Below, piece by piece: positions 18,788-27,458 of a stretch of DNA of 64,000 nucleotides (positions are counted from its first letter, which is position 1; the number at the start of each line of letters is the position of its first letter). This DNA comes from an uncultured cyanobacterium (GTDB lineage: Bacteria; Cyanobacteriota; Cyanobacteriia; Cyanobacteriales; Nostocaceae), in contig OY970166.1 in assembly GCA_963706595.1 (NCBI GenBank), positions 5,312,001 to 5,376,000 on the forward strand, in the 5' to 3' direction. Below the pieces are notes generated by a model, which made no database searches, had not been told where the DNA came from, and worked only from the letters and a program-made list of their open reading frames with translations. Both the position numbers and the translations under genes were made by a program.

Positions 18788-20085
18788 TTTGCATTCTCCC
18801 TAAAGATGTTATGAAACTCATTACAAATCTGGACTTGTCCAAAACCTTCAGAAGTGCGATCGCCTACTCCTTTCAGTTCCAATTCCTGCAATTTATCTAT
18901 CCAGATATCTGGTTGATTTGTACTAAATAAATATACAGCACCTCTGGTAGTAACTAATTCTATATCTTTCATCAAACCCCAAGCTGAGTTCCAGCCAGAA
19001 CGATAGTTATAACTGCTATAAGCTACTTCTAATTTGAGGAAATCGTCTTTGGCTTCGTTGGGTAGTTGTGCAAATTCATCTTCTAAACCGACAAATTCAC
19101 ATAACATTGATGGTGAAATTACTGTGGTGCGTTGCCAATTTTCCGAAAGAATTGTATCGGCTTGCAGGTCTATGGTAAAATAGGTACGGTTTTCTAAGAG
19201 GTTTTTCTCTGGTTTTCCAAACACTGACCAAAGTTGCCAGCGTGATTCTATTTTATCATTAAAGGTCGCTATTTTACTGTCAACATCTGTTACAGTATCC
19301 TCAATTTTGGCGGTGATTTCAACTTTCCCTAAACCTCTAGAAGTTGCACCACCTAAACGCAAACTGCGAGGATTTTGATTAAGGAAATTTACCAAAGATT
19401 TGGCTAATTCGGCATCCTCAATTAAAATTTCACTGCGATAAATGACAGGTTCCCAATTTTTCTCTTTCGGATTTTTAACAAAGGACTCATTTAAAACTTC
19501 AATGCTGTAAAGGATATCATCCTGTGAGGTGGCGCGTTGACGATTGATTCCTACTCTGGTTAAAAACCGTTTGCTAACAGAATGACTGCGATATTTATTA
19601 TCTTTGCAACTATAGAAACCTGCGAAGGGTTCAACTCGTGCGTCTGTGTTATCTTTTAAAGATTCTGGATCACTCGGATCGAAGGGATAATTATATGCGT
19701 CTGCACAAAAACGGTCAATTAAAGTATCAAAAACTCCGTTACCTTTGGGTAGAAAGCCAGAATTTGTTTTGGAACTGACTGCTGTGGCTGGTAAAACCAT
19801 AACATTATCAGTCACAACGCTAGAAATATTTTCAGATTTAGCTACTGCTGGATAAGCATTATGAAAAATCGCGGATTCCTCACCCAGAAATAATGCTTGA
19901 AAATCACCGCCATCTGTGGTTAAATCTTGTTCTTCAATGCCAGATAGTTGTAATATTTGAGATGCGATCGCCCCTCGAATTACAGAACCTGGAATATAGT
20001 CTTCCGCTTCACTGACAGAACCGGGTTTTTTAGTGGCGATCGCTAAAGGAGATAAAGCTGTTATTGTTAATTTAATTCGCTGCAT
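18784..20085 (-). CDS. csx10: CRISPR-associated RAMP Csx10 (Cas7-Cas5 type)
   Basis: Two RAMP G-loops (LGGATSRGLG, GVGDRTSEGFG), YIPGSVIRGA, TRVGINR, SGWN. Confidence 0.85.
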   Translation of the reverse strand: MQRIKLTITALSPLAIATKKPGSVSEAEDYIPGSVIRGAIASQILQLSGIEEQDLTTDGGDFQALFLGEESAIFHNAYPAVAKSENISSVVTDNVMVLPATAVSSKTNSGFLPKGNGVFDTLIDRFCADAYNYPFDPSDPESLKDNTDARVEPFAGFYSCKDNKYRSHSVSKRFLTRVGINRQRATSQDDILYSIEVLNESFVKNPKEKNWEPVIYRSEILIEDAELAKSLVNFLNQNPRSLRLGGATSRGLGKVEITAKIEDTVTDVDSKIATFNDKIESRWQLWSVFGKPEKNLLENRTYFTIDLQADTILSENWQRTTVISPSMLCEFVGLEDEFAQLPNEAKDDFLKLEVAYSSYNYRSGWNSAWGLMKDIELVTTRGAVYLFSTNQPDIWIDKLQELELKGVGDRTSEGFGQVQICNEFHNIFRENAK

Positions 20086-20794
20086 ATTTCACCTGGGGTA
20101 ACAACTTCTCCCATCCTTGATCTTCTTTTGGTAATGTGTCCAAATCTTTCCAACTCAACCAACCCAACCCAGCCGATTTACTGCCGCCTAAAGCGTGAAT
20201 ATGACGCAAAGCTGCTAAAATCAAAGCCTCGGCGTATGGTGGACATCCTGTTAATAAATGAATTTCTCCCGAAAATTCCAATTGATTATGGGGTGGAGAA
20301 GTTTCCAGAAAATAGAGTTTTTTCTCTTCTGCGATGCGACGACGGCGATTTATAGTCACACCAGGACGGATAACTTCTGGTAAATCCTCCCGTGATAGCT
20401 GACAAATCAAATCATCTACCACAATTCGAGATGGAAGTATGGGATTACCGAAGATTTGAGAAATTAAACAGTGATAGCCTTTGTAACCTTCCAATTTATA
20501 GTCAGAGTGAAATTGGCTATTTACTTGTTCTTCACTGGGACAAAGAATATCAGCTTTTGGGGATTCAAAAATTTGCCATCCTAAGCCTTTAGCCAGTTTT
20601 TCGCACTCATGGCGCAGTCTTCCTTTGAGTTGAGAACCGGGAATAATCATTCTTCCTTCGGCGTTGCGGACTATGGGTTTATCTGCGAGGGAACCATCGG
20701 AACCGCCAGCACCCACACACAAAGCACTATCAATTATGGCTGTGAGGCGAATATTTTTAACTTCAGTTGGGGGTAAGTTGCGTAAATGTATCAT
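20072..20794 (-). CDS. csm3: Type III-D RAMP Csm3-like (Cas7)
   Basis: ADKPIVR, IIPGSQLKGRLRHECE, RPGVTINRRR, G-loop LGGSKSAGLG. Confidence 0.88.
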   Translation of the reverse strand: MIHLRNLPPTEVKNIRLTAIIDSALCVGAGGSDGSLADKPIVRNAEGRMIIPGSQLKGRLRHECEKLAKGLGWQIFESPKADILCPSEEQVNSQFHSDYKLEGYKGYHCLISQIFGNPILPSRIVVDDLICQLSREDLPEVIRPGVTINRRRRIAEEKKLYFLETSPPHNQLEFSGEIHLLTGCPPYAEALILAALRHIHALGGSKSAGLGWLSWKDLDTLPKEDQGWEKLLPQVKYAAN

Positions 20795-23115
20795 GGTTGC
20801 GATGTTTGTGGCTGTGATTTTTTCGGCGCAGAATCATCCTGCTTTTTAGCGATAAAGGGATATAAATCTACGATTTCTCGCCAAATAGTTTCATAGCTAA
20901 CTTTATTTTCTTCCTCTTGTAAAGACATCCACGGCGCAAGATTACCATCATTAGATTTAGCTTGACACCATGCATCCTCAAACTCTTCTTTCAGAAAATT
21001 TTGAGCTTTTTTATCACTCAATCGCACTCGGAAATAACGATAATTCAGGATAGCTGTTTGTTTTCCTTGTTCTAGTAAACTGCGGATTTGGTAAAGTTGC
21101 GATCGCGGAAATTCTGCATTTTTTAAAGCTTTCGCCGTTTCCAACAATCCCCCCAGTTCATGTAAAGTATAAGGTGCTGCATATAACTTGAGTTTTTGCT
21201 GTTTGTTGGTAAATTTAGTTAATCCCTCAGTGCGAAATTCACTAATATTAGAAGAAATCATCGTTACCGATTTCATCACCAAAAAATCTACCGTTCCCCC
21301 ATAATAATGTTTCTTCTTTAATTCCTTGGCTTGTTTTTTCGCAGATTTCAATAACTGTTCTGTCAGCTTTTCTGCATAATATATGGGTGTATCATCAGCC
21401 GTAATTAATACCCCCGTGGACATACTTAATTTACATTGATTATCTCCAGTGATTTCCTTTTCACCTTGATATCGGTGTACTTGTTTTGGGTCATAGTTTT
21501 TATCTTCTTTGTATACTTTTCCTTTACTTAACAGGATTTTTTCAAATTCTTCCCCAATTGTTTTAGCAATAGCTAATGCTTTATCTGCGGGAACAATCAG
21601 CATCACATCATCACCACCAATGGTTAAAATTTCAAAGGGATGAATCCAAACTTCCTTATCACTATTTCTTTCAGCTTGTAAAGTTGGGTTTATTTTATGG
21701 GGTGCGAGATGTTTTGTTAAAGCCGCATAAACTGAATTTTCTGTAGCTTCCCCAATATCACGACTAAAATTTTGGTAATCTTGGGGATTTTTAATTTCTT
21801 TTTGGATGTATCCACCCATATTATTACCATCTGCATAAATATAAGCAATAAAGCCAGGAGTGATACTAGCATCACCAATTTCTCTGACAGAAATAGCTTC
21901 TTTTACTCGTTCAGGATGAATCTTTTCTGAGCGAATTTTACCATAATATTTATGTGGTGTCTGATGCAAGAAAAACTCAAATTTATTCACCCAAGTTTCA
22001 ATTTCATCTCCTGGTTCCCAATTAAAACCAGCTTGCTCATACCAGTTTTTAGAATTATGATATTTTTGCTCTTTTTTAGCTATTTGTCCTACAATGCGCT
22101 TCCGGGCTAAACTTTCAGAAAACCAAGGTGCGCCAGGAAGTTCTTCGGCTTTCATGACTGCGGAACGGCGATCGCTTTCATCTCGAATTAGATAAGGATG
22201 AGTTTCAAACATTGGCGGATAACAGCGCAAAGGTCTATTGTTACCTAGCAAACTATTACCATTACGCCGTTGATTAAATAAAGATGCTAGTTTACCAGCT
22301 AATTCATTAAATGTTTTCCGTTCTTTAAAAGCTTCCTCTGGTAATTTATTCGGCTGCTCAAAGTAAGCTTTTATTAGTGGGTTTTCCTCCCAGTTATTAA
22401 CACATTTTTCTAGCCAAAATGTATCATTATTGATAGTGTTGGGCAATAATCCAAATTTAACTTCCAGGAGCTTAAATTTATCGCCAACTGCACAAGAATT
22501 AGCCGTTAATGTTTCTCCAGTATAACGTTTTTCAATGGCATTTGCCAAATCATCTACGAAAGCAGAAGGACAAAATGCTAGGATGTTTCCACCTGTAGAA
22601 TAAATAATTAATTCTGGAATGAGTGCCTTTGAAAGCCCAGGAAAATTTTCTGATTTATCTAACCATTTTTTTCTGACTTCTTGACAGTAAGTTTGAGCGC
22701 GTTGACACTGCGGATATTCTAGATTATTTTCACAACCAAAAAATGCAGGTAAATCAATTAAATTAATTCTGTCTAATAAAGCCGAAGCACCTCGGATATC
22801 TGGAAGTTTGGAAGCTTCAAATACATATTGTTTGATTTTAGTCGCACCACCATAAACTAAACCGATTTCAGAGTTCCACAGTTGGGGATATTTCTCGGTT
22901 AAATCTTTCAGTTCGGCTACTGTTTGGGGAAAATAAAAGTTTTGTAATTCTTCGACTTGTGCAACTAAATTTTGTAATTCCCCTGGTACTGCTTCCCCAA
23001 GTTTTAAAGCCTGTTGCATTTGCTGTAAAACTGGCAAATCAAACTGAGGTTGTTTCTGATTACCCCAGGCTAAACACCAAGCGATCGCAATTGTAATAGA
23101 ATTTGTATTTGTCAT
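20791..23115 (-). CDS. cas10: Cas10 (type III-D), intact GGDD cyclase motif, no recognisable HD domain
   Basis: IKQYVF...IRGASALL, IYSTGGN, YADGNNMG, IGGDDV, AEKLTEQLLKSAK. Confidence 0.93.
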   Translation of the reverse strand: MTNTNSITIAIAWCLAWGNQKQPQFDLPVLQQMQQALKLGEAVPGELQNLVAQVEELQNFYFPQTVAELKDLTEKYPQLWNSEIGLVYGGATKIKQYVFEASKLPDIRGASALLDRINLIDLPAFFGCENNLEYPQCQRAQTYCQEVRKKWLDKSENFPGLSKALIPELIIYSTGGNILAFCPSAFVDDLANAIEKRYTGETLTANSCAVGDKFKLLEVKFGLLPNTINNDTFWLEKCVNNWEENPLIKAYFEQPNKLPEEAFKERKTFNELAGKLASLFNQRRNGNSLLGNNRPLRCYPPMFETHPYLIRDESDRRSAVMKAEELPGAPWFSESLARKRIVGQIAKKEQKYHNSKNWYEQAGFNWEPGDEIETWVNKFEFFLHQTPHKYYGKIRSEKIHPERVKEAISVREIGDASITPGFIAYIYADGNNMGGYIQKEIKNPQDYQNFSRDIGEATENSVYAALTKHLAPHKINPTLQAERNSDKEVWIHPFEILTIGGDDVMLIVPADKALAIAKTIGEEFEKILLSKGKVYKEDKNYDPKQVHRYQGEKEITGDNQCKLSMSTGVLITADDTPIYYAEKLTEQLLKSAKKQAKELKKKHYYGGTVDFLVMKSVTMISSNISEFRTEGLTKFTNKQQKLKLYAAPYTLHELGGLLETAKALKNAEFPRSQLYQIRSLLEQGKQTAILNYRYFRVRLSDKKAQNFLKEEFEDAWCQAKSNDGNLAPWMSLQEEENKVSYETIWREIVDLYPFIAKKQDDSAPKKSQPQTSQP

Positions 23116-23213
23116 AGCAACTAAATTCTGCTCTCAATTTTTAAACTTCTGAAATCATCCGTTTTCCAAGTGCGATCGCCAAGGGTTCCGGAGGAATCAC
23201 CTGAGTCATATAT

Positions 23214-23254
23214 TTGCTGTATCATACTATATAAAACACTAGAAATCACAGCAA
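23214..23254 (-). promoter_or_regulatory. Putative sigma70 promoter of the cas10 operon with overlapping inverted repeat
   Basis: Minus strand TTGCTG-17 bp-TATAGT; TTGCTGT-N27-ACAGCAA inverted repeat brackets it. Confidence 0.5.
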
Positions 23255-23268
23255 TTACTACAGAGTAT

Positions 23269-24189
23269 TTACCTATTTAAGATAATTAAATCTCTCACCC
23301 GTTTCAAGAAAGCGTGAGGAACAGTAGCAGCGTTTCCACGTAACCACGGACCAGCAGTCATCTCTAAATAAGGTTGTTCCTGATGAATGATTTCTGCTGT
23401 ACTCAGAACACTATTAATTACACCGATGGGTTTTAAATTACCACGCGCGCCACAAAATTCATGCCAAGCATCAATCGCCGCCAGTTGGGAACTGATAATC
23501 ATATAATGGGTGCAAGCCTCTAAAATCGGTAACTTTTCCGGTTGTACCATTCCGCCCACATCTACGATTACCAGAGATTTCTGTCTTCGTAACTGGAGGA
23601 TAACTTGAGAATGGTAGGGGAAAAATCGCTCTGTTAAAGAACCGCGATCGCGCGTTTTAAAAGCTTCAATTTCTGACTCAGTAGTTGTTGCTTCTAATTC
23701 TAAAAGGTAATTACCCTCACCATCCCAATGGGCGCGTTGCAGATATATCTCCGGATTTTCCGCCAACAAAGCCTGAAACAAAGCATGAGAAAACACACTT
23801 TTACCGCTATCTGGTGGTCCCACAATCATTAAAGCCGGACATAATTGTTTTTGGCGGCCATTGGGTGGTTCGATGATAATTACATCACCAATGCCAACTA
23901 AATGAGTGTGAGTAGCCACAACCACCGCACCCAAACGCGGATCATAACAAGCCACCCAAGCAGTAGGATGTAATTCGTGAGTTAAATAAGCATACAACCA
24001 AATGGGGGCGCGTCCAGAAATCACCACACCGCCAGTGGTATCAATCCCAAATGGAAGTTCTAAATTTCTCAAATCTGCTGGTTCAATCAGGCGATCGCTT
24101 TTGGTTAACGCAATTGTTAAAAATTGGTATTTCCAGCGTTGGGAAATCACCGTTTCACTTAATTGTAAACTCAATGCGGGTTCAGTCAT
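23269..24189 (-). CDS. csx3: Csx3 (Crn3 ring nuclease) fused to a P-loop NTPase
   Basis: N-terminal GVVISGRAPIWLY..L.HELH...WVACYDPRLGAVVVATH; Walker A GPPDSGKS, DGEG, VDVGG. Confidence 0.85.
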   Translation of the reverse strand: MTEPALSLQLSETVISQRWKYQFLTIALTKSDRLIEPADLRNLELPFGIDTTGGVVISGRAPIWLYAYLTHELHPTAWVACYDPRLGAVVVATHTHLVGIGDVIIIEPPNGRQKQLCPALMIVGPPDSGKSVFSHALFQALLAENPEIYLQRAHWDGEGNYLLELEATTTESEIEAFKTRDRGSLTERFFPYHSQVILQLRRQKSLVIVDVGGMVQPEKLPILEACTHYMIISSQLAAIDAWHEFCGARGNLKPIGVINSVLSTAEIIHQEQPYLEMTAGPWLRGNAATVPHAFLKRVRDLIILNR

Positions 24190-24485
24190 CAGCCTTGGTT
24201 CCTTTGTTCTGGCGTGGGTAAATCTACATAACTGGCAACATCGATGTTTTGCGACTCCCGACTCGCTGACATCACATCACGATAATTGTCTTCTAGCAAC
24301 TTTAATAAAGAGCGTAGACGCAAAGCGGCTTGTCGCAAGACATCGCACACCCAACCCGCCGCTAAACTGCTGATAAATACCCCCACAGTACAAAGAATCA
24401 CAGAAAACAGTCCCAAAGGAGCATTAATCACTGCAACAATCCCACTGCGGTACAGTACCAGCTTTTTCGCCACAAATAAAGACAT
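24189..24485 (-). CDS. Csx18-like small membrane protein
   Basis: VAVINAPLGL plus hydrophobic helix; TGATG overlap with csx3; ATG at 24485. Confidence 0.55.
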   Translation of the reverse strand: MSLFVAKKLVLYRSGIVAVINAPLGLFSVILCTVGVFISSLAAGWVCDVLRQAALRLRSLLKLLEDNYRDVMSASRESQNIDVASYVDLPTPEQRNQG

Positions 24486-24577
24486 AAAAACAAATGTGCT
24501 TTTTTTGAATACCCTTATTATGACATCCGTATGGAAGAGGCATCTTCTACCCATCCACCACAATGTAAATATCTTGA

Positions 24578-24726
24578 ACCAGGCGACTGGAAGTCACGGC
24601 TATACAGACATGACGCGAAGCGTCTTCCCTACGGGAAGGTCCGCCTACGCGGGTTAAAAACCTTGATTTTCAGTTAGTCCGCGCAGGCGGACTTCGTTTG
24701 TGTAGCCGCGATTTTAATCGCCAAGG
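24578..24726. mobile_element. MITE/REP-like element (CCAGGCGACTGGAAGTCACGGCTA...TAGCCGCGATT..ATCGCCA); copy at 59026-59148
   Basis: Imperfect terminal inverted repeats and a second copy in the window; this copy has an extra internal hairpin insert. Confidence 0.75.
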
Positions 24727-24779
24727 CTTTTCTACGTTGTCAACGGGTGCAATATTCGGTATTTAAGTGTCCCTTAGAT

Positions 24780-25157
24780 GAAAAGGCGTTGACACAACAG
24801 TTAGAAAATCGCTAAGTTCTGGTAAAGTTCAGTGTATGAATTTTGCGGGAATACAAGTGCTGAAAGTGTTGTTTTTGCAAGCTTTCGGCACTATGTTACA
24901 GAATGTAAAGCAGTGGGAAATTTTGTCGCCGGGAGGTGGGAGGAATTACATTGAGGAACGGTTTGTGAATAAGAGTAATTTTGTGGTTTTTGACTTGACT
25001 CGTTCGTGTTTTGCTGCTAAATTAAATATATTAGCCAATTATGCTGAATTTAATTCTTCAGTTACACTACGGTTAAGGTTAGCTACATAGCGATTTCCGT
25101 AGTCCGGCGGAACAGCACCTTGAAAACTAAATATAACAACGGTTTCCACTCCATAGG
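24780..25157 (+). promoter_or_regulatory. Leader/promoter region of CRISPR array 2
   Basis: AT-rich region directly 5' of the first repeat, ending CACCTTGAAAACTAAATA..., as in cyanobacterial leaders. Confidence 0.6.
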
Positions 25158-25892
25158 GTTTTTCATAACCATTTCCCCGCAAGGGGACGGAAACTTATCC
25201 CAAATTAAGGAAATTATAGCGGGGTCGGTGTAGTGAGTTTTTCATAACCATTTCCCCGCAAGGGGACGGAAACATTCCACTGATCACGGCAATGCCTCTC
25301 CCAGACACGTTATGTTTTTCATAACCATTTCCCCGCAAGGGGATGGAAACGCAGTTACTTTGACTTGGCAAGCTCTACCTCCCATTTGACGTTTTCTATA
25401 ACCATTTCCCCGCAAGGGGACGGAAACTAAGCTTTAGGTAGCTTGGTAGCTTCTACTAAAGTGTTGTTTTTCATAACCATTTCCCCGCAAGGGGACGGAA
25501 ACCCGGGACGATGTTCTAGACAATCGTTAATGTACTCCTTGTTAGAGGTGTTTTTCATAACCATTTCCCCGCAAGGGGACGGAAACAGGTGTGAAACCGA
25601 TGTGATGAGGTATTCGTTGGTTGTCGTTTTTCATAACCATTTACCCGCAAGGGGACGGAAACCCATTCCCATTTTGGAACACGATTACCAGTTCCGCTAC
25701 GGTTTTTCATAACCATTTCCCCGCAAGGGGACGGAAACACGTTTGCATATTCGTAAACCGTTAGTTGGGTTGGTACGGTTTTCTATAACCATTTCCCCGC
25801 AAGGGGACGGAAACTACTGGAAAGCCTCAAACTCTCCAATACCTTTGCCTCTCCAGTTTTCTATAACAATTTCCCCAGAAGGGGACGGAAAC
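25158..25892 (+). CRISPR. CRISPR array 2: 10 repeats of 37 bp (GTTTTTCATAACCATTTCCCCGCAAGGGGACGGAAAC), 9 spacers of 38-47 bp
   Basis: Repeats start at 25158, 25237, 25314, 25391, 25466, 25550, 25626, 25702, 25778, 25856; the last one is degenerate. Confidence 0.97.
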
Positions 25893-26158
25893 GCTATTTC
25901 CGAGAAGATGTTATATTTTGTTAGTAAGTTAGTAGGACTTACGCACTGTACAAATTAATCATGGTATAATGTTGCCAAAATAGCCAATTTCCGGCTTTGA
26001 ACAATGATGATGTTGATAGTAAATATACCCGTGTGGTAGGGGTTTAGCATTGCTAAACCCATACGAAATATGTGCTTTTTAGCGTCATACATATTTAGGG
26101 TTTATTGTCAATAGGTAACTTCTCGTTAGTTGTAAAAGTACGAAAACAATACAAATTG

Positions 26159-27154
26159 ATGAACAAACATTTTATCTCTAAAAATCTTTCTTTTCTGATT
26201 GTAGGGTTGTTAGGCACTGTGGCGATCGCCTCTAACAACTATCCCGTTAAAGCAAACACTCCTCCTGCCATTATTGCTCAAGCTAGTAGCCAGCAAAAAA
26301 TCAGAATCGCCGTCTTGGATTTTGACTATAGCGCCTTAAGTAACCCTCAATGGTTATTAAATATTTTTGGCGGTAGTGCTAAAGGTGTCAGTGACGTATT
26401 GGTGAATCGTTTAGTAGATTCAGAAAAATATCGAGTAATAGAAAGAAGTCGTCTGGATGCGGTATTAACAGAACAAAACTTAGGTGCTAGTGGCAGAGTT
26501 GATGCTAGCACAGCGGCCGAAATTGGTCGTTTATTAGGAGTTGAGGTAGTTATTATTGGTTCAGTTACTCAATTTGATATTCAAAAAAAAGGATCAAGTT
26601 TTGGTTTATTTGGTGTTAACGTCGGTGGACAAACTACACAAGCTCTTGTCTCTTTAAATGTGCGAGCAGTTAACACCACCACTGGTGAAATCATTATGGG
26701 TGCAGAAGGTAGCGGTGTTGGCACTCAAAAAGATGATCAGGTTTATGTTTTTGGCATGGGAGGCGGTACAACTACCAGTAATGAAGGTAAATTGTTATCT
26801 GTAGCCACTCAAAAAGCCGTAGAACAACTTATTGGCGAGATAGACAATAAAAATGATAAATTAGCCGCAGTTCCCAAAGTATTACCCCGTGTAAATGCAG
26901 TAGTTGCCGACATTAGTGCTGGTACGATTATTCTGAATAAAGGTTCAAGTGACGGCTATCGTGCAGGAATGAAGGTTTCCATCGAAAGAGTAGGTAAGGA
27001 AATAAAAGATCCAGAAACAGGGAAAGTAATCCGTCGTTTAACTACTCCCATTGGAGTTGTGGAATTGCATGATGTGGATGCGTCTTCTAGTGTTGGTAAA
27101 ATTGTTTCTGGTAATGGTTTTCAAGTAGGTGATATGGCTTCTCCCACAGAATAG
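26159..27154 (+). CDS. CsgG/HfaB-family secreted protein with C-terminal beta-barrel (FlgT-C-like) domain
   Basis: Signal peptide; RIAVLDFD, YRVIERSRLDAVLTEQNLG, AAEIGRLLGV, GSVTQF; C-terminal LNKGSSDGYRAGM...KDPETGKVI. Confidence 0.85.
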   Translation: MNKHFISKNLSFLIVGLLGTVAIASNNYPVKANTPPAIIAQASSQQKIRIAVLDFDYSALSNPQWLLNIFGGSAKGVSDVLVNRLVDSEKYRVIERSRLDAVLTEQNLGASGRVDASTAAEIGRLLGVEVVIIGSVTQFDIQKKGSSFGLFGVNVGGQTTQALVSLNVRAVNTTTGEIIMGAEGSGVGTQKDDQVYVFGMGGGTTTSNEGKLLSVATQKAVEQLIGEIDNKNDKLAAVPKVLPRVNAVVADISAGTIILNKGSSDGYRAGMKVSIERVGKEIKDPETGKVIRRLTTPIGVVELHDVDASSSVGKIVSGNGFQVGDMASPTE

Positions 27155-27171
27155 GAAATAAAAATTAAGAG

Positions 27172-27268
27172 GTTTTTCATAACCACTTCCCCGCAAGGGG
27201 ACGAAAACAAATACACTTAAACTTCCCTGTGAAGATTTCTTGAGGTTTTTCATCACCTTCTAAGAAAC
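27172..27268 (+). CRISPR. Detached mini-array: one array-2 repeat (27172-27208), 36-bp spacer, truncated repeat (27245-27268)
   Basis: GTTTTTCATAACCACTTCCCCGCAAGGGGACGAAAAC has 2 mismatches to the array-2 consensus; then GTTTTTCATCACCTTCTAAGAAAC, which lacks the hairpin. Confidence 0.85.
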
Positions 27269-27458
27269 GAGATTGTCAAACCGGATTGCTATATAGCACT
27301 TCCCGGTGTTATGAGGTACAAAGACCCCACCCCCAACCCCCTCCCCGCAAGCGAGGAGGGGGCTATGATTTGCACAGAGAGATCCTGTTAAGAACATTGT
27401 TTAATAATATTGTGTAATCTTGTAAACACACCAAACCATATTATCCGCCACATCAGTT

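Noticed and set aside
24836..25090. 84-aa ATG ORF upstream of array 2
   Set aside because: It lies in the AT-rich leader/promoter region and has no recognisable motif; probably non-coding, though not excluded.
25443..25958. Short ORFs with repeated ITISPQGDGN
   Set aside because: They are translations of CRISPR array 2.
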